A program made the position numbers and the translations under genes. From Planctomycetota bacterium (lineage in GTDB: Bacteria; Planctomycetota; PLA2; JAEUHO01), in NCBI GenBank assembly GCA_965223505.1, contig CBDCWP010000043.1, positions 64,001 through 128,000 of the forward strand: 64,000 nt of DNA, given 5' to 3'. Under the pieces are notes generated by a model. That model ran no database searches, was not told where the DNA came from, and was given only the letters and a program-made list of their open reading frames with translations. Position 1 is the first letter of the stretch; each line of letters starts with the position of its first letter. Shown here piece after piece: positions 1 through 9,563 of this stretch.

Positions 1-2817
1 GTACGCAAGGCGCGCTCGAGCGGACTGCGCAACAAGCGGCTGCGCGCGGCAGTCGAAGAGACGCCTGCGTTGAAGCCGCTCGTTCGCGACATCGACATGA
101 TGGAGCAGCGGCTGTTCGCCGAAGACTACGTCGAAGCGCGCTTCGAGCGCGTGAAGGGCGTCTCCAACTCCAACGTGCTCGGCGGCAGCGTGCGCGAGCT
201 GCAGGTCGTCGTCGATCCCGAGCAGCTCGCGGCGCGTGGACTCACGATTCGACAGCTGCGGGCGGCGCTTCGCGAGCGCAACGCCGACGCGTCCGCCGGC
301 GACTTCTGGGAAGGCAAGCGGCGCTACGTCGTACGCACCCTCGGCCGGTTCCGCACGCCGCAGCAGGTCGAAGCGGTCCAGATCGCGGAGACGGACGGCG
401 GACCGGTCTACGTCCGCGACGTCGCGGAAGTCCGGATCGGCTTCAAGAAGCCGACGGGCATCGTGCGCAGCTTCGGCGAGACCGTGCTCGCGGTGAACTG
501 CCTGCGAGAGACCGGCGCGAACGTCATGGACGTCATGGAGGGCCTCTACGTCGCCGTCGACGAGCTCAACGCGGGCGTGCTCGCGGACAACGGCCTCCAG
601 ATCGACCAGGTCTACGACGAGACGGAGTACATCACGTCGGCCGTCGGCCTCGTGCGGCAGAACATCCTCATCGGCGGCACGTTGACGATCCTCGTCCTGC
701 TGCTGTTCCTGCGCAGCGCACGCAGCACGCTGGTGATCGCGCTCGCGATTCCGACCAGCATCATCGGGACGTTCCTGCTCTTGAACGCGATGGGCCGGTC
801 GCTGAACGTGATCAGTCTCGCGGGTTTGGCGTTCGCCGTCGGCATGTTGGTCGACAACGCCGTCGTGGTGTTGGAGAACATCTATCGCCACTATCAGGCG
901 GGCGCGCGGCGACTCGAGGCCGCCGTCAAGGGCACGCAGGAGGTGTGGGGCGCCGTCATCGCCTCCACGCTGACGACGCTGGCCGTGTTCCTTCCGATCC
1001 TGTTCGTCGAGGAGGAGGCCGGGCAGCTCTTCCGCGACATCGCGCTGGCCATCAGCTGCTCCGTCGCGCTGTCGCTCCTGATCTCCGTCACGGTCATTCC
1101 CGTCGCGACGGCGCGGATCCTGCCGCGTCACGGTCACGACGAGCGCGAGCCGTCGGCGTTCGCGCGCGCCATGCGCGGTCTGCTCTTGCCGTTCGACGAG
1201 TTGGCGGGCGCGTTCACCAGCCATGTCGAGAAGGCGCACGTCTGGCTACAGGCGGGCGTCGGGCGACAGCTCGTCGTACTCGTCGTCGTGGTGACGGCCG
1301 CGATCTGGGGCGCCTTCGCCCTGGCTCCCAAGACGGAGTACCTGCCGTCGGGCAACCGCAACCTGGCGATCGGGATCCTGCTGCCGCCGCCCGGACTCAA
1401 CCTCGATCAGCTGGTGGCGATGGGCGAGACCGTCGAGGAGCGCATCCGTCCCAACTGGGACGTGGACATCGACGACCAGCAGGCGCTCGACGAGCTCGAG
1501 GGTCCGGCGATCGAGCACTTCTTCTTCGTGGTGCGCGGGCGGTCGGTGTTCCTCGGCATGCGGGCGCACGATCCACTGCGCGCCGGCGAGCTGGTGCCGA
1601 CGATTCGCAAGGCGACGCGCGGGTTGCCTGCGACCTTCGGCATCGCGAAGCAAACCAGTCTCTTCGAGAGCGGGCTCGGCGCCGGTCGTACGGTGGACAT
1701 CGAGATCACCGGTCCCGATCTCGAGCAGCTCGTCGCGCTCGGCGGCCGCATCTTTGGCGCCTCGATGGGCGCCATGCCCGGGGCGCAGATTCGCCCCATT
1801 CCGAGTCTCGACCTGAGCAACCCCGAGGTGCACATTCGACCGCGGTGGGAACGCGCGGCGGAGCTGGGGTTCAGCGCCGTCGACCTGGGCTACGCGGTCA
1901 ACAGCCTCGTGGACGGCGCCTACGCCGGGGATTTCTACGAGCGCGGCGACAAGATCGACTTGACGCTCGTCGGCGAACCGGACCTCGCGAGCCGGCTGCA
2001 GGATCTCGAGTCGCTGCCGGTCGCCACGCCGGACGGCAGCTCGGTGCCGCTACGCGCGGTCGCCGACGTCGTGCTGGCGAGCGGGCCGGAGCAGATCAAC
2101 CGGCGCGAGCGCGAACGCACCATCACGATCCAGGTGAGCCCCGACGAGGCGATGCCGCTCGAAGAGGCGCTCGACATCATCGAGGGAGAGATCCTCGCGC
2201 CGCTTCGCCAGCAGAAGGTGTTGAAGCCGCCGTATCGCGCGCGACTCTCCGGCACGGCCGACAAGCTCAACGCCACGGTCGACGCGCTGGGGTTCAACCT
2301 GTTTCTCGCAGTCGTAATAACGTACCTGCTGATGGCGGCGCTGTTCGAGTCGTGGGTTCATCCGTTCGTGATCATGCTGAGTGTGCCGCTCGGCGCCGTC
2401 GGCGGGTTCCTCGGGCTCAGCCTGCTCAACTTGTTCGTGCTTCAAACGCTCGACACGTTGACGATGATCGGGTTCATCATCCTGATCGGAACGGTGGTCA
2501 ACAACGCCATCCTCATCGTCCACCAGAGTCTCGTCTACATGCGCGAGCAGGGCATGGCGACGAACGACGCCGTGCTGCGCAGCGTGCGCACGCGCATCCG
2601 GCCGATCTTCATGACGATGAGCACGACGACCTGCGGACTCTTGCCGCTCGTCTTGTTCCCTGGCGCAGGCAGCGAGCTGTACCGCGGCCTCGGTTCGATC
2701 TTGCTCGGCGGACTGGTCGTCTCGACCTTCTTCACGCTGCTGGTCGTGCCGACCGTCTTTCGGCTGATGCTCTCGCTGCAGCACGCGATCCTGCCTGCCG
2801 GCGACGAGACGGCGTAG
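1..2817 (+). CDS. RND efflux transporter permease (AcrB/AcrD/AcrF family), 5'-partial
   Basis: Frame is open from base 1. GMLVDNAVVVLENI and RIRPIFMT motifs, two TM bundles and large periplasmic loops. Confidence 0.93.
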   Translation, partial: VRKARSSGLRNKRLRAAVEETPALKPLVRDIDMMEQRLFAEDYVEARFERVKGVSNSNVLGGSVRELQVVVDPEQLAARGLTIRQLRAALRERNADASAGDFWEGKRRYVVRTLGRFRTPQQVEAVQIAETDGGPVYVRDVAEVRIGFKKPTGIVRSFGETVLAVNCLRETGANVMDVMEGLYVAVDELNAGVLADNGLQIDQVYDETEYITSAVGLVRQNILIGGTLTILVLLLFLRSARSTLVIALAIPTSIIGTFLLLNAMGRSLNVISLAGLAFAVGMLVDNAVVVLENIYRHYQAGARRLEAAVKGTQEVWGAVIASTLTTLAVFLPILFVEEEAGQLFRDIALAISCSVALSLLISVTVIPVATARILPRHGHDEREPSAFARAMRGLLLPFDELAGAFTSHVEKAHVWLQAGVGRQLVVLVVVVTAAIWGAFALAPKTEYLPSGNRNLAIGILLPPPGLNLDQLVAMGETVEERIRPNWDVDIDDQQALDELEGPAIEHFFFVVRGRSVFLGMRAHDPLRAGELVPTIRKATRGLPATFGIAKQTSLFESGLGAGRTVDIEITGPDLEQLVALGGRIFGASMGAMPGAQIRPIPSLDLSNPEVHIRPRWERAAELGFSAVDLGYAVNSLVDGAYAGDFYERGDKIDLTLVGEPDLASRLQDLESLPVATPDGSSVPLRAVADVVLASGPEQINRRERERTITIQVSPDEAMPLEEALDIIEGEILAPLRQQKVLKPPYRARLSGTADKLNATVDALGFNLFLAVVITYLLMAALFESWVHPFVIMLSVPLGAVGGFLGLSLLNLFVLQTLDTLTMIGFIILIGTVVNNAILIVHQSLVYMREQGMATNDAVLRSVRTRIRPIFMTMSTTTCGLLPLVLFPGAGSELYRGLGSILLGGLVVSTFFTLLVVPTVFRLMLSLQHAILPAGDETA

Positions 2818-2824
2818 AGTCCGC

Positions 2825-5800
2825 CTAGTTCGGCAGTCCCCACAGAACCCAGGCGGCCCAGTAGTAGGGGTGCGACCACTTCTTCTGCGCCTTGACGTGC
2901 GATTGCGCCTCGCGCAAGGCCTCGGCGGCGCTCAGTCCCTTGGATCCGTCCTTCGGATTCCAGAGCTCGTAGAACTTGATCATGAGCGCCATCGTCGCGT
3001 CGTCGTCCACCTTCCAGAGCGAGCAGAGGATGCGCGGCGCGCCCGCGTACATGAAGGAACGCGTCAGGCCGAGCATGCCCTCGCCGCGAACCTGCGTTCC
3101 CTGCGCCGTCTCACAGGCCGACAGCACCGCGAGGTCCGCGGGCATCTCCATGAAGAACACCTCGCGCGCCGTCAGGAAGCCGTCCGATAGCACCAGCGCA
3201 CACTTCGCCGGATCCGGGTCCAGGAGCCCATGGCAGGCCAGGTGGACCGCGCGCCAGCGCTCCTTCTTCGCGAGCGCCTTGCGCAGCTCGGCCTGCGTCG
3301 CCTGGGCGCCGAGCAGGATCTCGTCGCCGACGGCCTTGGCCTCCGGCCCCGTCGCCGGCAACCGGGCGAGCTTGCCGCTGTGCGCGCCGGATCGGCGAGC
3401 GGCAAAGACCTGCGTTTCGTGGGCTCCGATCTCGTCGTACACGGGGTCTCCGAGCGCGAGCACGCCCTTGCCGACGTCTTGGCTGTCGCGTACGAGAAAC
3501 GAATGCGTGCTGCCCGAGGGGGTGAGGGCTACCGGATGGTCGAAGAGCATCGCGAACGGCAGGTTGCAGAGCAGGTAGTCCGGCGAGATGAGCACCTTCT
3601 TCGTCGTCTTCGGCAGCGCCAGGGGCGCGACGATGAGCCCCTTGGCCTTCGCCAGCACCTTCGAAGCGTCGGTCTTCGGATCCGAGACGCTGACCAACGC
3701 GTTCGACACGCGCCAGAGATCGTCGGAGTTGCCGAGCTCGACGACCTTCGCGTCCTTCGACGTGAGGACGATGGCGAGCGTCTCGCTCGGCCCGACGCCG
3801 TAGATCACGAACGACGTATCCGGGTCGAGCACACCCTGTAGCTCTTCCAGCGTCGCGGCGCTGGGATAGAAGAGCGTCGTCGTCCTGCGACTCGCTTCCC
3901 GTTGGATCTTCGCCGTGACCTCCGCGAGGCGTGCTTGCGCCGCCTCCAGCGCGACCGCCGCGGCTCGGATCTTCTTCAGATTCCCGTCTTCGACGGCTCG
4001 CCGATACTGACCTTGGAGCGCCGACTCCTTCAGCTCCGCCTCACGCTCCGCGCGGCGCAGCCCCTCGGGCAAGTCTTCCCATCGCAAGACGTGACGCCCA
4101 CCGAGCAGTTCCAGCAGCGCACCCGCACGACCGCTCTCGAGAAAGGCCAGTGCCTCCGCCGTGTCGCCCATCCGCGTCGCTGCCAGCGCGCCGTAGTGGA
4201 AGAGCGTGCTGTAGTTCTCGCGGACGCTCGCCGCGTCACGGGCGCCCAGGCCGCCCAGCAGGTGTTCGACCTCCGCGCGCGCCTCGCGAGCCCGGAACAC
4301 GGCCGATGCGTTGTCATCGTCCTTGAGGTGGACCCACGTCAGAAGTCTCAGGACCCAGACGAGCAGGGAGCGTACTCGCAGGCGCCGGGCCTCCCGCTCG
4401 CACTGCTTCAGCTTCTCGATGCCCTTCGCGCGCTCGCCCTGCTCGATCAACACGTTGCCGATCGCACCGATGCAACGCGCTGCGAGGGCGCGATCCTTGA
4501 TCTCCTCCGCGAGGGCGTGGGCGCGCCGGTAGTACTCGATCGATTTGTCATGCTCGCCCTGCACCAAGTATGCGCGAGCCATGTTCGAAAGCGTGACCGC
4601 CTCGAGGTCATTCAACTCGAACACGGCGGCTTGCGCGAGGGCGGCGTTGTAGTACTCCATCGCGCCGTCGAAGTCCTCGAGATCTGCTCGCAGGAGCCCG
4701 AGCGCGGAGATGGCCCGCGCGGCGCCATCGGGCCTACCGCCGGACTTCATCTTCGCCAGCGCCTGCTCCGTGTAGACGAGCGCCCGGGAGCTGTTGCCGA
4801 CGCGCCAGTAGACGCCGGCGAGGTTCAGGAGGCCCTTGGCGATGTACTCCTCGTGACCGATCGCGCGCGCTTCCGCCAGTCCGATCTCGTGGTGGCGAAT
4901 CGCTTCCGCGTACATGCCCAGCGAGTCGTAGACGTTGCCCATGTTGATGTGCGTGCCCGCCCACTCGCCGCGGTTCCCGCTCTTCTTCCACAGTGGAAGC
5001 ACGCGCTCGTAGTTCTCGAGCGCCCGCTGGAAGTTCCCGAAGTGGTAGTTCGACAGGCCGAGGTGGTGCAGGGCGACCGTGACACCCGGCTCGTGACCGA
5101 CCTTGTTGAACAGCCGAAGCGCGCGTTCGTAGTATCCGATCGCCTCGACCCACCGCGTCTCGGACCGCGCGAGCATGGCCGCTTCCGTCAACGCGGCTCC
5201 GACGCCGAGCGTGAAGCCGATCGCCTCCCACGCCTCGACGGCGCGCTCGAACAGAGCCGTTGCCTTCGCCGAGTTGCCGAGCTTGGCCTCGAACCGACCC
5301 GCGAACGCGAAGCAGAGTCCCGCCTGCCTGAGCCACCCGAACGACGCCGCGCCCTCGGCCGCCGCCGTGTACGCCTCCGCCGCGTCCGCGGGCCGGTCCT
5401 GCATCTGCCGGATCATGCCTTCCTGGTGCGCGAGCATCACACCCGTGACCCGGTTCGTGGGTGCGCGCGGAAGGGGCAGCTCGGCGATGGCCTCATCCGG
5501 CTTGCGGGACACGAGCGCCTGCTTCGCGCGCACGAGCGCGTTGTACGCCTCCTGACTCTCGTTCTCGCCGTTCATCGACTCGACGTACTCGACCAGCCTC
5601 TCGGTCGCGGGCCGCCGTCCGACCTTGGCGAAGCGGACCGCCGCGTCGTGCTCCCCACGGCGGCACAGCTCGCTCACGACGACCCAGGGATCGGGGGCGT
5701 CGCTCTTGGCGAGCGCCTCGAGCGCCGCATCGTCACCCTCGGCGATCGCGGCGAGGACCTTCTCTGCGGCAGTGAACGCGCCGTCGTTTCGTTCGGCCTG

Positions 5801-5851
5801 CGCCGCGACGCAGACGACGCACAACAAGACGAATGCGACACCGCGGCGCAT
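2825..5851 (-). CDS. Secreted TPR + CHAT (caspase-like) domain protein
   Basis: Signal peptide, many TPR repeats, catalytic HLACHG and LSACET motifs, SLWKVDD, terminal HPYYWAAWVLWG. Confidence 0.92.
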   Translation of the reverse strand: MRRGVAFVLLCVVCVAAQAERNDGAFTAAEKVLAAIAEGDDAALEALAKSDAPDPWVVVSELCRRGEHDAAVRFAKVGRRPATERLVEYVESMNGENESQEAYNALVRAKQALVSRKPDEAIAELPLPRAPTNRVTGVMLAHQEGMIRQMQDRPADAAEAYTAAAEGAASFGWLRQAGLCFAFAGRFEAKLGNSAKATALFERAVEAWEAIGFTLGVGAALTEAAMLARSETRWVEAIGYYERALRLFNKVGHEPGVTVALHHLGLSNYHFGNFQRALENYERVLPLWKKSGNRGEWAGTHINMGNVYDSLGMYAEAIRHHEIGLAEARAIGHEEYIAKGLLNLAGVYWRVGNSSRALVYTEQALAKMKSGGRPDGAARAISALGLLRADLEDFDGAMEYYNAALAQAAVFELNDLEAVTLSNMARAYLVQGEHDKSIEYYRRAHALAEEIKDRALAARCIGAIGNVLIEQGERAKGIEKLKQCEREARRLRVRSLLVWVLRLLTWVHLKDDDNASAVFRAREARAEVEHLLGGLGARDAASVRENYSTLFHYGALAATRMGDTAEALAFLESGRAGALLELLGGRHVLRWEDLPEGLRRAEREAELKESALQGQYRRAVEDGNLKKIRAAAVALEAAQARLAEVTAKIQREASRRTTTLFYPSAATLEELQGVLDPDTSFVIYGVGPSETLAIVLTSKDAKVVELGNSDDLWRVSNALVSVSDPKTDASKVLAKAKGLIVAPLALPKTTKKVLISPDYLLCNLPFAMLFDHPVALTPSGSTHSFLVRDSQDVGKGVLALGDPVYDEIGAHETQVFAARRSGAHSGKLARLPATGPEAKAVGDEILLGAQATQAELRKALAKKERWRAVHLACHGLLDPDPAKCALVLSDGFLTAREVFFMEMPADLAVLSACETAQGTQVRGEGMLGLTRSFMYAGAPRILCSLWKVDDDATMALMIKFYELWNPKDGSKGLSAAEALREAQSHVKAQKKWSHPYYWAAWVLWGLPN

Positions 5852-6051
5852 GGCCCCCTCCAGCTACCTGCAAGGCAGGCACGAATGGTAGCGCGCTGGG
5901 CGCAGCGCGGGAACGGCGCCAACGCGCCTCCGGTCGATGTAGGCGAAGTCGCGGCGGCGACGTTCACGCCTGCGCGTGACGGCCTCGGAAACTGTTCGCC
6001 GCGACGACACGGTGAAGCGCGTCGAACGACCCGGTCTCGGCGGCGTGAGCG

Positions 6052-7278
6052 TTACGGGTTGAACTCGACGGCGCCGATGTCCGCGTTCCCGTCGCCGAAC
6101 CGGCTCTCGAGCCGTTGATCGACGAACATCGGCAAGCCGCTCTCGTCCAGGCACTGGTCGTGTGGAACCGCGTTGTTGACGAAGCTGCCGAGCAGCGGCA
6201 TCCGTGAGTGTGTCGGGTAGCTGGCAACCTCGAGCGGACCGAGCAACGCGCCGAGCGGCATCGCCGCACTGCCCACCATGTTGCCGTTGACGCCGTGCGA
6301 GATCGGCCCGAGACCGCCGATGCCGATCAGGTTGTATGCGCTCGTCGTGCTCCACGCGATGGACGCGTTCAAGTCCGGCCCCGGCGAGACGTTGTCGGCG
6401 ATGATCGTCTGACGGATCGCCATTTCGCCCAGGTCGCCGTTCGAGTCGAGGTAGAGGCCGCCGCCGCCGTCCATGGCCTCGTTCGCGGTGAGCGTGCAGC
6501 CGTACAGGCCCAGGTCGCACCCGCCGGCCGTCGCCAGCGCGCAGATGCCGCCGCCGATGTCATCGGCCGTTCCCGCCGTCGCGTGGTTGCCGTGCAACGT
6601 CGAGCTGCGCGCGATCAGCGCGCCGCCGGCTGCCATGATTCCGCCTCCGGGCCCCCCCGTCGTCCAGTTGAACGTGAAGGACGAGTTGGTGACGAGCGTG
6701 TCGCAGGTCAACAGGTACAGACCGCCGCCATGCCCTCCGTTGCAGCCGGAGACGTTACAGCGGTCGAGCCGCAGCGTCGCGCCCGCCGCGTGAAGGCCTC
6801 CCCCTGTCAGCCCCGCTTCGGCGCCGACGATTTGAACGCGCGACAGGACGACATGCGCGTCGACGCCCACGAAGATCGCGCCACCCACGCCGGGCGTGTC
6901 GCAGCCGATCAGGCGCAGGCCCTCGAGGCGGGCGAAGACGCTGCCGATGAAGAACGCGCGGTCGAACCCGTCGAGGAAGATCTCGGTCTCCACGCCTTCG
7001 GCGCCGCCGCTGATCCGGACCGGTTTGTCGATCATGATCTGCGACTGCAGGCTCACCAGGCCGCCGACGATACCCGGCGCGAACGTCACCTGCGCGCCGG
7101 GGAGCGCGTCGGCCACCACCTGACGGAGCGATCCCGGACCGTCGTTGGCCAGCGTGGTGACCTGCACGAACTCCGTGATCGGCGGACCGCCGTCGGCAGC
7201 CGGCGCGAACCCGCCGCCGCTCGAACCACAGGCGCACAACACGAGACCGAGAAGGCACATCGAGATCCGGGGGTACAC
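6052..7278 (-). CDS. Lipoprotein with Gly-rich beta-helix repeats and choice-of-anchor Q-like C-terminus
   Basis: Lipobox LCAC, DGPGSLRQ, repeated GGG(L/I) motifs, C-terminal DQR...DIGAVE. Confidence 0.75.
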   Translation of the reverse strand: MYPRISMCLLGLVLCACGSSGGGFAPAADGGPPITEFVQVTTLANDGPGSLRQVVADALPGAQVTFAPGIVGGLVSLQSQIMIDKPVRISGGAEGVETEIFLDGFDRAFFIGSVFARLEGLRLIGCDTPGVGGAIFVGVDAHVVLSRVQIVGAEAGLTGGGLHAAGATLRLDRCNVSGCNGGHGGGLYLLTCDTLVTNSSFTFNWTTGGPGGGIMAAGGALIARSSTLHGNHATAGTADDIGGGICALATAGGCDLGLYGCTLTANEAMDGGGGLYLDSNGDLGEMAIRQTIIADNVSPGPDLNASIAWSTTSAYNLIGIGGLGPISHGVNGNMVGSAAMPLGALLGPLEVASYPTHSRMPLLGSFVNNAVPHDQCLDESGLPMFVDQRLESRFGDGNADIGAVEFNP

Positions 7279-7312
7279 GGCGAAGACTCCTTCGGTTGTG
7301 GAGTAGTCGTCG

Positions 7313-9289
7313 CTATGTGCCCGAATTGTCGCCTGCTCGCGGATTCGTGGATCCGGCGACGCGCCTCAGGCTCCAGCCGACCGCCCATGCGCCGGCGGCC
7401 ACGAGCGCGAGCTTCCACCAAGCGTCGCCGAGCGAACCGAGGAGCAGGTCGCCGGTGCCGAACAGTACGCCGAAGATCAAGGCGAGGCCGCCGGCGATGC
7501 CGACGAAGACGGGGGTCAACGGGTCGCGCGGCGCGGGGTCGTCGATGAGCGCGTGCACCGGTCCCCACCAGCCGATCGGCCGGACCTTGCGATAGAACGC
7601 CGTGAGCCCGGCCGGGTCGGGGCGCCGCATCACGATCACCGAGATCAGCGCGCACGTCAGCGAGAAGAGCACGACGACGATCAGACGACCCGGCGCGGAG
7701 ATCTCACCGCCTGACGAGAGCGGTCCCAGCTGCCAGTCGATGTCCGCGAACGTCACGACGATCGAGCACAAGCCCGACGCGACCATGGCGGTGATCTCGG
7801 TCGCGGCCCGAATGCGCCACCACAACCAGCGCAGCACGTACACGGGACCGACGCCGGACAGGAACGCGAGGAAGAAGAGGAAGAGGTCGCCGATCGAGTC
7901 CATCACGAGCGTCAAGGCGCCGGCGACCGTGATGACGGCGAAGGCCGTGACCCGCGCGACACGCACGTAGTGGCGGTCGCCCTTTCCTCGGTTGAAGAAA
8001 CGACGGTAGAGGTCGTTCACGAAGAACGCCGAGGCGAGATTGACGTGCGTGTCGATCGTCGACATGAACGCCGCGAGCAAGGACGCGGCAACCAGGCCCA
8101 GCAGCCCGATGGGCAGGAAGTGCGTCATCATCACGACGTACGCCTTCTCGGAGTCGCTGCGCGCGATCATCTGGGCCTCTTCGACGCGCTCGCCGACGTC
8201 CACGCGGGGCTCCGCGCGCCAGTCGTCGACGTCCGAGGTGAGCGGAACGAGCGCGTCCTCGCCCGACGTCGTGCGGATCGACATCGCCTCCTCGTCGATG
8301 CCCACCACCTCGCCTGCCGCGGGTGCGCGCACCTCGATGTGCGGGAGCACGACGAGCGACGCCAACGCGACGATGATCCACGGCCAGGGCCGGACCGCGT
8401 AGTGCAGGATGTTGAACCACAGGTATGCCAGAAGCCCGTGGCGTTCGTCGCGTGTGGCGGAGATGCGTTGCACCGCGACACTGCTGCCGTCGATGCTCTC
8501 GACCGCCCACCACGAGACGCCGAGATACACCGCGAACGCGGCGAAGCTCATGGTCCAGAACGACGCGTCGAACACGCCGCCCTCGCCGTGGGCGGGGATC
8601 ATGCGGATCGTGTCGGCGGTGAAGCTGCCGCCCGCGGCGATCGCGTCGGAGAGGCCGTCATGTCCGCCCACGGCCGACCACGCCAGATAGGCGAGGACGA
8701 ACGCGCCGACCAAGGCCATCGCGAACTGGACGAGGTCCGTGATGACGACGCCCCACATCCCCGACAACGCCGAGTAGCTGACCGCGAGCAGGGCCGCGAT
8801 GCCGACGCCCGCCTCCTTGGGGAAGTCGAAGAGCACCTCGAGGATCTTCACCGCGGCGAGCATGACCCAGCAGAGGATGACGGTGTTGGTCACCCCCGCG
8901 TGCAAGACCCCGAGCGTCGCGCGCAGTGCCTGCGCGCCCTTTCCGCCGTAGCGCAGCTCGGCCACCTCGGCCTTGGTCATCACCTCGCCGCGGCGCCACC
9001 AGCGTGCGAAGAGGAACGTGCCGAACATGCCGCTCAGCGCGAAGCACCACCACGCCCAGTTCATCCAGATGCCGTGGTCGCGCACCCAGCCGGTGATCAC
9101 CAGCGGCGTGTCGGCGGCGAAGCTCGTCGCGACCATCGAGGTTCCGGCGATCCACCACGGCAGGCTGCGGCCGGTGAGGAAGAACTGATCGACGCTCTTG
9201 CTCGCCCGCTTCGAGAGGACCAGCCCGATCGTCAGGGCCAGGCCCAGGTAGGCGAAGATCACGAGCCAGTCGACGACATGGAGCTTCAA
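7313..9289 (-). CDS. Sodium:solute symporter (SSS) family protein
   Basis: FFLTGRSLPWW, SMVATSFAADTPL, AAFMSTIDT motifs. TTG start with GGAGAGG upstream. Confidence 0.92.
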   Translation of the reverse strand: MKLHVVDWLVIFAYLGLALTIGLVLSKRASKSVDQFFLTGRSLPWWIAGTSMVATSFAADTPLVITGWVRDHGIWMNWAWWCFALSGMFGTFLFARWWRRGEVMTKAEVAELRYGGKGAQALRATLGVLHAGVTNTVILCWVMLAAVKILEVLFDFPKEAGVGIAALLAVSYSALSGMWGVVITDLVQFAMALVGAFVLAYLAWSAVGGHDGLSDAIAAGGSFTADTIRMIPAHGEGGVFDASFWTMSFAAFAVYLGVSWWAVESIDGSSVAVQRISATRDERHGLLAYLWFNILHYAVRPWPWIIVALASLVVLPHIEVRAPAAGEVVGIDEEAMSIRTTSGEDALVPLTSDVDDWRAEPRVDVGERVEEAQMIARSDSEKAYVVMMTHFLPIGLLGLVAASLLAAFMSTIDTHVNLASAFFVNDLYRRFFNRGKGDRHYVRVARVTAFAVITVAGALTLVMDSIGDLFLFFLAFLSGVGPVYVLRWLWWRIRAATEITAMVASGLCSIVVTFADIDWQLGPLSSGGEISAPGRLIVVVLFSLTCALISVIVMRRPDPAGLTAFYRKVRPIGWWGPVHALIDDPAPRDPLTPVFVGIAGGLALIFGVLFGTGDLLLGSLGDAWWKLALVAAGAWAVGWSLRRVAGSTNPRAGDNSGT

Positions 9290-9330
9290 CGGCTGCCTCT
9301 CCGGTTCCGCGGCGGGATCGCCCTGCCGGG

Positions 9331-9512
9331 CTAGGGTGTGTCGGAAAGCTCTCCGTCGCGAGGTCGGGGAGACCGAAGCGAGTCGAGGCTCGGACGAGCG
9401 GTTCTCGCCGGAGGCGGGCTCTGTGCCCGCTGAGGACGGGGTTCCGAGTTCGAGCCCGACGGAGCGAGAGAATCGCCGACCGCAGCAGGACGAGTTTCCA
9501 GACAGACCCTAG
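9331..9512. mobile_element. Putative MITE / fold-back element with terminal inverted repeats and CTAG ends
   Basis: Left end CTAGGGTGTGTC-GGAAA versus reverse complement of right end CTAGGGTCTGTCTGGAAA. Imperfect complementarity continues inward. No transposase. Confidence 0.6.
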
Positions 9513-9563
9513 GATGCGGGACCCCGGGGACGCCGCGCAAACGGGCCCGCAGTGGAGACATCG

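Noticed and set aside
2825..5851. CHAT protease as part of a type III-E CRISPR (Craspase) system
   Set aside because: No cas genes or repeat array nearby, and the protein has an export signal.
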